Below are positions 37,059 to 49,149 of a stretch of DNA of 64,000 nt, piece after piece. Source of the DNA: Eledone cirrhosa (taxonomy: Eukaryota); assembly GCA_964016885.1 (NCBI GenBank), contig OZ024741.1:173910001-173974000 (forward strand), written 5' to 3'. The position numbers and the translations under genes were made by a program. The notes below the pieces were generated by a model that saw only the letters and a program-made list of their open reading frames with translations, was not told where the DNA came from and searched no databases. Each line of letters opens with the position of its first letter. Within the stretch, counting starts at the first letter, position 1.

Positions 37059-39519
37059 ATGCTGATCAAAGACCAACTCCCTATGTCAACCAAGAACATA
37101 CCAATACCATCAAAAAATACATATGAGAAATTATTGATCGACAGTGTAAACTCCTTTATCAATAGAGTGAGGTGGAGGACATTCCTTTATGATAAAAACA
37201 AATCTAACAAGGTTAATAATACTAACAAATTCGACTCCTTCAGCTTTAAAACCTTTAGAAGCCCCCCTCATAACACACTACTTAACTCCTTTGAAAATGA
37301 CCTAATAAAACTAGTTAAGAACATTAAATACAAAAAGCACCGTAATAAAAACAACACCTTCTTAAACAAACTTAACACCTCTATTAATGAATTCAAAACT
37401 AGTAATAAAATTATTGTACATGTGGACAAAACTAATAACATATACAGCCTAGATTATAATACATATAGAAAGTTTATATATAATGAACTACATAAAAGCT
37501 ACAAGAAAACTACTATGAAAAACTTAGAAGATATTAATATGGAAGGCTATAATATAGTGTCCAAACTAGGACTTCAGAGACATACACAACCATATACCCC
37601 AAACCCCCTAGATTCTCTCTGAAGGACCATAAGGAGGACTTCATTAGCAACCCCTCGATTAGACTTATCTGCCCTTCCAAGCCTGGCATTGGCATGATCA
37701 GTAACAAAATTTTAGATAAAATCAACCCACAGATTAAACACAAGATATACCTTAAGCAATGGGGAAATACGGGTGAAGTTATTGAACGGTTCAAAGATAT
37801 CAAGGATAACAAGGATAAAAAATTTATTCAATTTGATATCAATTCATACTACACCTCTATTTCCCCCTATCCTATTAAATAAGGCACTAATCATGGCCTT
37901 GGACAATAGTGACCTGACTAGACCCCAGATTGATGTCATACTTGCGGCCCGTACAACCGTAATCACCTTTGAAGACCAATTATGGACCCGCAAGGATACG
38001 CAAAACAACTTCGACATAACCATGGGATCTAGTGACTCGGAGCAGGTCACTGATTTGGTCGGCCTATATTTACTTAACGAAATCCATAAGGACCTTCCAT
38101 ACCTCAACGGTGGTTTGTACCGCGATGATGCACTTCTACTTATAGACTATAAAAAATTCAATATAGAAAGAACTAGAAAACTATTGCACAAGACATTCAA
38201 AAACTATAACCTTAGTATCACCATAGACAAAAACACTAAAAACGTTAACTTCCTAGACGCCACCCTCTACCTAGACTCAAAGATATATACACCTTTCCAT
38301 AAACCTAACGAAAAACTGATTTACGTAGATACCAAGTCTAACCACCCTAGATCAATATTAAACTCTATCTCTAAGGGAGTATCCAATAGAATCTCTAATC
38401 TATCCTATGACGTAAACATATTTAGCAAAAACTCGCAATATTATAATCAGGCATTAGCTAGATCAGGCCATAATATAGAGATCGAGTTCCTACCTACAAA
38501 AACACATAGCTACAACATTATTTCGCACAATATGTCCATGAGGAAACTTAGTAATAAGAATAGCAACCACATACACACTAATATGAAGGATGCCAACAAA
38601 AGTAACCCACACCACAGAAGTTACCATAGTACCATAAAAGGAAACAACTCACCAGACATAAAAAACAAAAATAGAAGAAGAAATAATACATTTTTCAACC
38701 CTCCTTTCAATCTAAACGTCTCTACCAACCTACCTAAGGCTTTCTTCTCACTCCTAGATAAAAACTTCCCATCTGGCCACAAGTACCATAGCCTTTTAAA
38801 CAAAAACACAATTAAAATCTCTTACTCTACTATGCCTAACATAGCATACCACATAGCTAGTAGCAATAAAAGAAAAATTAATTCTTACTTCCAACAAACT
38901 AAATCACAACAGGCGGTAAACCTTCAAAATAACATTATATCAACTAACCCTGATAACAATAGTAATAATAGTAATAGCACTAGTGTAAGCAATAACGCTG
39001 GGAACGACAACCCCCATAACCATAATCCTACAGCTACCATCCAGACTTCTACACAACATAATAACCGGCAGACTAACACCCAGAATAATTGTAACTGTAG
39101 ATCTAATAGAACCTACCCTTTAGATAAAAAATGCTTAATCAAGGATATCATATACTCATGCACCGTCACAACTAGCAACTCTTCTGAAACCTATATAGGC
39201 TCTACTTCAAACTGCTTCAAAACCAGATACAATTCGCACCTCCACTCTTTCAAAAAACACAGTCTAGCCAACTCCACTTCACTATCTAGCTACATACACT
39301 ATCTAAAAACTAAAAATAAATCTTATACACTTAAATGGGAAGTGATAGGTAAGGCGACATCGTACAAACCACCTAATAAATGTTGTAACTTCTGTCTACT
39401 AGAGACCCATACTATTATCTTCTCAAACCATAACCTCCTTAATAAAAAAATCAGAAGTGTTCGCGACATGCCAGCACCGCTTCCGACACTCCTTCCAAAA
39501 CTTTAAACCCAATATATAG
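37059..39519 (+). pseudogene. PLE reverse transcriptase + GIY-YIG endonuclease, three frameshifts (~37610, ~37865, ~39450)
   Basis: STKNIPIP..., LKDHK..NPSIRLICPSK, FIQFDINSYY, FDITMGS, GLYRDD, VNFLD, CNCR..PL...CL, DIIY..ETYIG..FKTRY..H, CNFCLLE, LLNKK/SEVFATCQH. Confidence 0.88.
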
Positions 39520-40961
39520 CAATGTCAGACTTGAACCCATCACCACTTCTAGCAACACACCTCAAGGGCACACCTTACACCACAACTCCACACTCAATGA
39601 TCCAACCTATCTTAACACAATTAGTGACATCTATCTAAAACCTTTTACCCTAGAAATATCCCCATGAACATCTACTTTTGGTATGATTGTCTTCAATTAC
39701 TTAGACTACATTACACCACTATATAATTTAATGTAAACTTTAAACACTGAATTATTTGTGCTAATGTTGTTCTGTGTAGGGAGTGCCATCATTGGATAAA
39801 TAGAAGATTAATTTATTAACATAAAAGAGCTATATAACCTATATGCTGAGTACAATGAATTATGTACAAGTGGTATGTGAGTTATACATACATGTATAAC
39901 TTGATAGACAGATTAATGACATTGTAAGTGAGAATTGCTCTCTGGTCTACCCTAGAGATATTTAACTTTGCCATGCAATCAGACATGCGCTGACCCAGAG
40001 CTTACCAGGGGTTGTATATAGACGTGGTTCTAATAAAACCCTGCCAGGTTCTGTGGGTAGACTACATTTACAAAGATCATTGATTTGGAGATCTGACTCT
40101 TCATGTGGAATATTCAGTTGTAGCACTCTATGATAGAGGGTAATCATCCTAATATGGACACCTTTAGTACTTCTTGATAGACTACACTGTAATTATAGAT
40201 AGGATACTTAAATTTAGAAACTGTTTATAACCATATATGTTAGGGACTCAATTGGAATAATAAATTTAGTTATAGAAATCAGCTAGTTACCTCCCCTCAC
40301 GCATTAACTCCCCTTAATCACACACACACTTCCGGAAAATAAAAGGATGTAAATTCTCGCAACAAAAACAACCTGCTCTATAATATTGGATTAAAGAACA
40401 ACAAGCTATAATAATCTAACCTAATACATCAATCATCCAATACTGAATCATCGTTGATTATGTGAAGGACATATAATCTATATATTACGTTTCCTAGATT
40501 GTGAAAATGGTGGTGTATACGAAAACCATAACATTATTTTGCTTCTCATTTTTTATATTTCTCTGCACACAAGCTTCTTTATCATACATAAAAAATACTT
40601 TACCAATACAACCCCCATAATACTCTTGATTGCCCGCTTAAAGTGCTTGTATTGCATATAACACCTTGCCGCACAATAATCTTATATAAATAAGACACAC
40701 GTGCATGCCCCATGTGTAACTATTGCATACACTAACTACTTCAAACTATCCTCTTGCATTATCTTCGTAAACTGCCGATGTTGTATTTTAACTTTAATTT
40801 TGTTTTAATTTTCTTTTAATATGACTTTAATCTTTGAATGTAAATTGCCATGCTAAAATATTATAATGGATGTCAACCCACTGTGCATCGATATATACAT
40901 ATGTTTCTGTATGTCTCTTGTGTTGGAAAGGAGGTCATGTATGTAAACAATCAGTGAAAAA

Positions 40962-41011
40962 TTGCTCCGAAGACTCCAAACCTCGGTTTGGACGAAACAA
41001 TTGTAAGCTAA
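40962..41011 (+). ncRNA. Minimal type I hammerhead ribozyme in the 3' pseudo-LTR
   Basis: Stem I GCT/AGC, core CCGAAGA (U4C variant), 8-bp stem II, GAAA, palindromic stem III ACAATTGT, cleavage triplet GUA (cut after 41005). Confidence 0.7.
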
Positions 41012-41208
41012 TAAATGGTTTGAACATAGCTTTGATTCTTGTGAATTCTATATAACTGCTCTGTAGAAAACTGATGTTATTACATTGAGCTATTTATCTT
41101 ACTGGTAATAAGGTAGTAATAAATTACTGTCTTTCACTGTTTAGGGTTTAAAATATATATAACTATAAAAAGTTTTAGTATATACATAACCATAAATAGT
41201 ATCCTTAA

Positions 41209-41272
<64 letters not shown>

Positions 41273-41447
41273 TAAAATTCCGTTATAACGAAATTCCCGG
41301 AGTATAAAAACAAATTTGTTGTAATGCGATTGACCAAAACAAATCAATTGTTTGTTTGTTATTACCTCATATTTAAAAATTAAACAACAAATGAATAAAA
41401 ACATACCTGCAATATGACTGTATCATGCAAGAAAATATAAATATATG

Positions 41448-41775
41448 CAGTGTAACCCTGGCATTCGTGGTCACGGTTATTTGTGGATTTTTCCTTAGAA
41501 CTTAACTAATAATTGTTTGTGGAAACCACAGCATATTCACAGTACTGTAAATATCTTCGATGATCTTTTTATGGATATTTTCGTGGCAACATATATTTTT
41601 TCATGCTTTTTAACACTAAATTATTTACAATAATATACTGTATTTGCCGGCCTATATTTTACGTTAGGTTTTGATGTTTATAGGCACTTTTATGGACGAC
41701 GACCAATATTTGCAGCTTTTCCCTCTTTGCAGGTGTGCTAGCAATGTAACCCTCGTGAACACCGGGGGACAACTG
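41448..41775. mobile_element. Second Tigger-like MITE
   Basis: Imperfect TIRs cagtgtaaccctggcattcg and (reverse complement) cagttgtcccccggtgttca, with TA on the right. Confidence 0.55.
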
Positions 41776-42337
41776 TATTTCAAATATGTTCAAATATGTT
41801 TCCTTCGTTTGTCATATTATAAACTTGTGTGAAAAAAAACTCAAAAAGTTTAAATGATTTTTTAGTTATGTATTTTATGTTATAATAATTATATATATAT
41901 ATATATATGTCAGGTCGCTCTCGAGTGCTACTGGTAACATGTAACCCAGTGCAACCTGTCTCATGGTCGGGTCACCAGTGACTAAACCGGCAACCCCTCC
42001 AAGCTTGCTTGGTGAGGTGGGTGATATTTGGACACTCTGTATGATGAAGTACAAGACTCGGCAAAGGGCAGAGGAACTCAGCAGAGTCAACGGCCATCAA
42101 AATAGTATTTTTTTTTTTTTTAATGGAGAAGTTAAACTCCAAGGCATATAAAGCTGAGGGGTGTCATATTTTCCGTGGCAAACATTTGCACCAAAGATAT
42201 TTGTCGTCAGTTCCAAAAAGTGTGGTTGGTCCTACACAAGCCTTCACCACTTAAAACTTTGTGTGGGTCGTTCAACATCAGTTCACTTTCTGACATTTAA
42301 CTTTTGTTGCACACACTCATACATCGGATATTGACGG

Positions 42338-43168
42338 GAATAACTAGGGTAAGAACGGGATGGAAGAAGTTCAGGAAACTACTGCCACTGTTAGCTGCAA
42401 AAGGCTTTTCCCTCAAAATGAAAGGCAGACGGTATGATGCGTGTATACGAACAGCAATGTTACATGGTAGTGAGACCTGGGCGCTGTCTGTGGAAGACTT
42501 GCGTAGATTAGAAAGAAACAAAGTTTGCATGCTTCAATGGATGAGTAACAGTAATATACACGAATGGCAAAGCATAAATGAATTGAGAGAGAGACTGTGC
42601 ATAAGAGGAATCAAATACTGTGTGCCGGAGAGGCGGTTGCGTTGGTATGGACATGTGATACGTATGAAGGATGACAGCTGCATAAAAAGGTGCAGAGCAC
42701 TAGAAGTCGATGGAAACCGCGGAGTCGATGGAAGACCTGGGATGAGGTGATAAAAGCCGATCTTACCCAATTACACCTTCTCAAAGGTGATGACACATGA
42801 CCGTGACTTCTGGCATCACGCAGTAATACAGAAGACCCGACCCCCCCATGGGTACAAGCCGAAGCTGAAGCATATAGACAATATGCCCCCACACCCTCCC
42901 ACTGCAAAGTGGTCATGGAGGTGCCACGGCAAAAAAGTACCCAGCCCATGCTGTAAAGTGGTCGTGTAGGCGCCATGGAAAAAAGCACCCAGCACTTACT
43001 GTAAATGAGGTTGGTGTTAGGAAGAGCATCCAGCTGTAGAAATCAAGCCAGAATCAGTTCCCGTATGAGCAAGGCATGGTCAGCCGACCGGACACTGCCA
43101 ACGACAGGACAACCCGTCTAACCCATGTTAGTGTGGAAGAACGGACGTAAAACGGTGATGATGATGAT
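42338..43168 (+). mobile_element. RTE 3' fragment related to family A
   Basis: RVRTGWKKFR...MLHGSETWAL...RRLRWYGHV, then a 3' module and (GAT)n. A shorter relative lies at 46290-46812. Confidence 0.88.
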
Positions 43169-43173
43169 ATATA

Positions 43174-44372
43174 TTGGGTTGGCAAGAAAGTAATTTCGTT
43201 TTTCGCAAATAGTTACGATTTTTTTTAATGACTTTTGTCAATGTTATGATTTTTTCCTTTTGACATTTGATAGCCGTTACTTTTAGGTTATTTTAGAAGC
43301 AAATTGCGCGTAATTTTGTTTACAGCTGTTAATTCGGTGTCAATTTTAACATAGAGTGCAAAAAGAAACATTTTCGCCATATTTTGCTTTTTTATTTCCG
43401 TTAAGGCAAGAAAGCTGTTGAGGCTCACAAAGAGATATGTGAAGTTTATGGTGTTGATTGCTTAACAGAACACACATATCAGAAATGGTTTTAAAAATTC
43501 TGTTCTGGAGATGTTTTTACTCAAATATGACGAACGTTCTGGTTGACCTACTGAATGTGATGATGACCGAGTCAAAGCCATAATTGGCTCTGATTGTTAT
43601 ATAACTGCGAGAGATTGCAGAGAGGTTAAATGTATCACACACAACAATTGAAAATCACTTAAAATGTCTGGGACTCATTAAGAAGCTCGATATTTGGGTT
43701 CCACATAAATTGAAAGAGATTCACTTAACACAACGAATCAATATTTGTGATATGCATCTCAAACGTAATGAAATTGACCTTTTTTTTTAAACGAATCATC
43801 ACTGGTGATGAAAAATGGTTTGTCTACAATAACATCAATCGAAAACTATCAAGGTCCAAACGTAATGAACCAGCTCAAACCACATTCCCGTCGAAAGGTG
43901 AATTACATAAAAAAAAGGTCATGCTGTCAATTTGGTTTCCAAGGAACCAAACAATCAATTCAGATCTTTACTGTCAACAACTAATGAAACTGGAGGAAGC
44001 AATCAAAGAAAAATGGCAAATTGTAAAGGAATCGTGTTCCACCATGACAACGCTAGACCACACACGTCTTTGCTAACTCATGAAAAATTATTGGAGCTTG
44101 GTTGGGAAGTGATGTCACATCCACCTATATAGCCCTGACCTTGCACCATCAGATTACCATTTATTTAGAAGTTTGCAAAATTCTTTGAATGGTAAAACTT
44201 TCAATAATGATAATGACCTGAAGTCGCACTTGCTTCAGTATTTGGCTGATAAGGACCAGAAGTTCTATGAGTGCGGAATCATGAAGATGCCAGAAAGATG
44301 GCAAAAGGTCACCAAACAAAATGGAAAATATATAATTGATTAAAGTTCATTCTTTGTATGAAAAAAAACCAA
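43174..44372 (+). mobile_element. mariner (D,D34D) transposon, decayed; right TIR mostly deleted
   Basis: TA-ttgggttggcaagaaagtaatttcg TIR. Transposase 43351-44343 reads HFRHILLFYF, WVPHKL, TGDEKW, HDNARPH, YSPDLAPSDYHLF, GKYIID*, with stops and frameshifts. Confidence 0.92.
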
Positions 44373-45103
44373 TATATTAATGTATCTATTAATGTATGTG
44401 AGTGTGTGTGCGTTTCAGATATGTTCTTTTGAATAATTTTCGAATAGGCTTTGTAGCTGGTAAACCCAACCCTAAAGTGAGGCAATTCCAGCCGGGATCC
44501 CTGCGAGGAGTGTTGAACATTTTTTTTTTCCATTGTTGCGAGGAATTTCGGTTGCTTGGGGTTCAATTTTCATTCATTGTACTGAAATATTTGTTGTAAT
44601 GAATTTTGTTATAACAAGATTCTTTTATCGTTGTTTTAATAACAATGTGGTCAGGGATTCAAAAAAATTTTGTTATACTGAAAAATTTTTTATAATGGTA
44701 TTCGTTATAACGGAATGTTACCTGTATATATATGCAAAGTGGTTGCCATTAGGAAGGGCATCCAGCTGTAGAAAATATGACGAAATGAAATGTATGAGCA
44801 AGACATGATCATCAGACCTGTAAAATCTCAGAACATGACAACTCACCAAACCTATACAAATGTGGAAAGCAGGCATAAAATGGTGATGATGATGTATCTG
44901 TGAAAATACTTCAATCACTTCAAGATCATCATTTTTACGTCAACCTCTTTATGCTGATATGGGTCAGATGGGGGCTTTTTAAGGCAATGATTTTACAGCC
45001 AGATGCCCTTCCTGACACCCTTTTAATCACTTCTTACAACATGCAGGAATATGGTATACCTATTCTAAATCTGATACACATCATTTTTTCTTCCCAAATT
45101 TAG

Positions 45104-45356
45104 AACAACTGAAGCACAGCTCAACAACTTCACTCGACTGGAACCATCTCTTCATGAACTTGGTTTACAGTTTGATACAGATACAGCTCGTGATATCATG
45201 TCAGAGAAATATGGGGCTGCCACAAACCTCATGTATGAACTGTATCTTGCTCTAAAGGACAAAACAGGGAAATGTTTAGATGAAATATCACAAGCAATAC
45301 CAACATCAGTTACACAGGCAAGACTTTCTGACATTGAAAAGAGGATATATAATGAG
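45104..45356 (+). CDS. SPEF2: SPEF2-like gene, next exon (253 bp)
   Basis: Acceptor ttttttcttcccaaatttag|, donor |gtag. AA|A completes a Lys codon with the previous exon. Reads TTEAQLNNFTRLEPSLHELGLQFDTDTARDIMSEKYGAATNLMYELYLAL...IYNE, resembling SPEF2 AKLNNFSRLEPTLHLLGVQFD...EKPGVATKLLYQLYIAL. Confidence 0.9.
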
Positions 45357-45474
45357 GTAGGTGGATTTCTTTCTCTCCAATTCTATTTTAACACAAAATG
45401 TGAAGTTATTTAGTCAGGATAATCTAAGCTGTCTTCAACACCCTGATTATTTTGTTAATTTCTGTCTTTTTCAG

Positions 45475-45692
45475 CATATGAATCTCTTAATTCCAAGACA
45501 TTCAATTCAATCTCCGGTTATTTCTTCAAACTATTTTCTGGAGAAGCAAATTGACAAAGAGAAAATTGCTTTCAAAGAACGGTTTCTTGCAGAAGAAAAA
45601 ATCAAAACACAAACCAAGAAACAACAGGAAACTCTGCATGAAAGATCTCGGAAACTACGACTTCAACAAAGTGAATTTCTTGCCCAACTGAA
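45475..45692 (+). CDS. SPEF2: SPEF2-like gene, next exon (coiled-coil region)
   Basis: Acceptor tctgtctttttcag|, donor |gtaagt. Phase 0 start after a 118-bp intron. Reads HMNLLIPRH...ERSRKLRLQQSEFLAQL, compare SPEF2 RLRHMIPRQ...RRRQNEIMAKI. Confidence 0.8.
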
Positions 45693-45934
45693 GTAAGTAA
45701 TATCAATGTTGTGAAAGTACTTGGGTTAACTAAAATATATTCTAGTCAGCTTTAAAATCTAAATTAAGAAGGAAATAAATAATAAATAAACTTGTAACTA
45801 TTGTAAGATATTCTTTTACTTATTTTCTTTATCACCCACTTATTCCTGAGAGGGTTGTTGAATCCTCAAACACTCCTTCCAGTGGGTCCTGTCAGAGGCA
45901 ACCATTTCCAATTGAGCCGGCTTAATTAAATATA

Positions 45935-46131
45935 CGAGAGTCAGTTGAAAAGTTCATAGGTTGACCAAGATACTCTCATGGAATGAACAAATGAGGTTTA
46001 TTTTTCAACATAGTCCCTGGAAGGAACCAATGCAGCTATTAATAAGAAGAGTTCAAATTAATGAGTGCAAGATTTCACAGCTCTAGCATCAATCCTTCAT
46101 AGTTAGCATATGAACTTTTCATTGACTCTCA
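45935..46131. mobile_element. mariner-derived MITE with TA flanks
   Basis: TIRs cgagagtcagttgaaaagttcata and (reverse complement) tgagagtcaatgaaaagttcata. Confidence 0.8.
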
Positions 46132-48525
46132 TATGTCACTCACTTCAGTTAGCAATGCTTCAAGCTTCTGTTGATTTTTACATACACTTTCTGAATTGAA
46201 GAGTTAAATATATATAAACAGATGTTATAGATATCAGTAACCTATGCCATCAGTACTCCATTGATACAAGCCCAAACATTGTAGAACACTGATGCATATG
46301 AAGGATGACAGCTGCATAAAAAGGTGCTTGGGTCTCCCCACACCATGGAAGCCATGGAGTGGGGAGACCCAAGAAGACCTGGGATGAGGTATTAAAAGCT
46401 GACCTTGCCCAATTGCACCTCTCAAAGGTTATGACACAGGACAGTGACCTCTGGCGTCACACAGTAATACAGAAGACCCGACTTCCTACGGTGACAAGCT
46501 GAAGCATATAGACAATATGCCCTCCCACTGCAAAGTGGTAGTAGAGGTGTCACGACAAAAAAGCACCCAGCCCACACTGTAAAGTGGACGTGTAGGCGCT
46601 ACAGTAAATAAGCACCCAACACTCACTGTAAATGAGGTTGGTGTTAGGAAGGGCATCCAGTTGTAGAAATCAAGCCAAAATCAGTTCCCGTATGAGCAAG
46701 ACAAAGTCATCCGACCTGGCATTGCCCACAACACGACAACCCATCTAATCCATGCTAGCGTAGAAGAATGGACGTAAAACAGTGGTGATGATGATGATGA
46801 TGATGATGATGACTGGTATGCAGAACCCTACATGCAAGCTACCTCAGCATCCCAGCCGACAGGAAAACGTGTTATCCCAGATACTGAGGGAAATGCTTTA
46901 AAATAGCCATTTCAACTTGTGGGGCTCATTCCTGTAGGTAACTATCTCTGTCCTTCTAACAGTGAGTAGGGTGGTGGTACAGAGATGAATGCCAGAAGTC
47001 TCTACTGCTACAAGTTCAATGATAAGTTGTTTTTTTTTAGTTTGGGAGTGAGAAGGAGGGGAGGCTTTTTGTACACCTTTTCCCCACTTTTTTTTCAGAC
47101 AACTTCTTAGTTTCTTTTACAACATAGAAACAAAAAAATAGATTGAGAAAAAAGAATGGAATATAAAATAAGAAAATATAAAAATGGAAAAGCAAGGGAA
47201 AGGCAAGGGCTCTAGTGTCACAGAAGAATGGGGAGGGTGAGGGCGATGGGCTCTAGGCCTAGGGTGTGGTGGTATTGGTGCTGTGCCCTGCGGACTAGAC
47301 CGCGAAAGCATTCCCGGGGACAATGGCCAGCAACATCCACTGCAACAGGCTTCTGACATTCAGATTTGGCGGAGGAGCTCGGGAGTACAGCATCCAAGTA
47401 TGTCTGAGGTCTCGACAGCGACCGGTGTGAAGAGGAAGCAGCTCGACCCATTTGTTATTAAATTTTTAATGGAATAGGCATCCTTTTATTTTCAAATAGT
47501 TTTGAAATTGATCAAGAATTTGAAGCGATTTAGAAGTATAACTAACTTTCTCAATATTAAGCCAGTATCTAAAAGATAACTTAACAAAGGTTTTTACATA
47601 AAATTATGGAAGGTTTTTAGATAAATGTAAATATTTTTAAATAATCAGCTTTGTATCTTAGAACCAGAGGTCTTTTGGGGTAGTTTGGTATCAAAAGTGT
47701 TAAACTTAACAGAACTGCAACAGGTCTTAGTAATTACTATATTGGAAAAAAATCAAAAGAGGTGCATGTTAGTGTGTCATGTAATGAGTTAGTTACTATG
47801 ATCTTTGGTGGAATCATTTGTTAGGGAAGAAAAAAGAAAGCTAGGTTTTGGATGGCTGTATATTGTCTATTTCAGTCCAGGGTGATGGTTTGTGTGTATT
47901 CAGTTTAGAATAAGTACACCATGGCTCTATGTGTTGTAGGAGGTCACTTAAAGTGTTGGCACCTAGAACAACATCCAGCTGTAGGGCATTTCTTTGAAAA
48001 AGACCCCATAATGTGTATGAAGCTTGTCATGGGGCCTGCAAGGCTAACCTTTACTTTAAGCAGGGAAAATGGTCTTAAAACACTTGTTGTTAATTAAGTT
48101 GTTTTTTTTTTTTGGCAGTCAGCTTTATTATAAACAATGATATCTAACTTAGCCAGAGGGACACACATTTTGAGGGGAGGAGTTAATAGATTTAATTGAC
48201 ACCAGTACATTATGACTGGTACTTTATTATACCGATACCAGAAAGATGGAAGGAAAAGTTGACCTTGGTAAGATTTGAACTCAGAATGTTAAGAGCCAGA
48301 TCTAATTTGCACATATACATATTATAATGACATTTTTCAAATTAAACAAATACATCTTGTAATAGCATGTCTTAATTTAAACAAATATATTGTAATGATA
48401 CATCTTAACTCTTGCTAGCAGTGAAAACAAATGTTAAATGATGATGATGATGAAGAGGAGGGGGAGGAGTAGGATGAGATATTGTAATAACAAATAGTCA
48501 TAACAAGATATCTTCATTTAAACAG

Positions 48526-48616
48526 ACCAAGTGACGACATATATAAAATGCTTAGCTATCCTAAATCTAAGTCAGTGGTGAAGAATCAATTGAAGCGAAA
48601 GCAATTTGAAACTCAG
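48526..48616 (+). CDS. SPEF2: SPEF2-like gene, next exon (91 bp)
   Basis: Acceptor tcttcatttaaacag|, strong donor CAG|gtaag, phase compatible with the previous exon. Open frame (K)PSDDIYKMLSYPKSKSVVKNQLKRKQFETQ. Sequence similarity is weaker than for the other exons. Confidence 0.65.
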
Positions 48617-48929
48617 GTAAGATATTCTTTAAATATTGATTTCTAATTTAGATATAGAACCAGCAAATTTTAGTGAGAAGAGCAAACATGATTAAATTTA
48701 TCTCAGTACTTGACTGATTCTTTATTTTATCAGTCCCTGAAGGATGAAAGGCAAAGTTGATTTCAAATGGTATTTGAACTCAGAACTTAAAAAGTCATAA
48801 TATGCTCTGTTGATACCAGCAAAAATATTAAGACCATTGATAAATTGTTGAAACATCAATTCGTAGGTCATAAGTTCATTATCGATGATGGCTTTTCAGT
48901 TGATTTTCTCAATTAGATATTTTATTTAA

Positions 48930-49149
48930 CCCTTTAGCATTTAAACCGGCCATATCTGTCCAGAATTCTCTCACCTCTTTCTGTTCAGACTGATAATAAT
49001 TGGCCTTCATACTGATGTTAAGATATTTTTCTCAAAATAAATAATATCAAAATTTAATAGATTCGATATTATGTTAGATAATTATGTGAGGTAAAGCCTT
49101 TACCGCAAAAATATAATAGTATATATAGAGTAATGTAAATTCTAAAGAG
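48930..49149. mobile_element. piggyBac-type MITE, same family as 15338-15718 in opposite orientation
   Basis: TTAA-ccctttagcattt...aaattctaaagag-TTAA. Internal ccagaattctctcacctctttctgttca is the reverse complement of ~15671-15698. Confidence 0.8.

Larger units (their letters stand above)
36547..41213 (+). mobile_element. Penelope-like retroelement, Naiad-type, with pseudo-LTRs, inserted in (TA)n
   Basis: ~465-bp direct repeats (36547-37013 and 40748-41213) flank an RT plus GIY-YIG ORF. Both outer flanks are TA repeats. Confidence 0.88.
41270..44724. mobile_element. pogo/Tigger-like MITE split by nested insertions
   Basis: Left TIR cagtaaaattccgttataacgaa. The right TIR reads caggtaacattccgttataacgaa in reverse complement and is followed by TA. 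Confidence 0.75.

Noticed and set aside
37059-39519. Selenoprotein-type Naiad (in-frame UGA at Cys positions)
   Set aside because: Conserved Cys positions are TGC/TGT (one is TAC). No in-frame TGA was seen in the restored frame.
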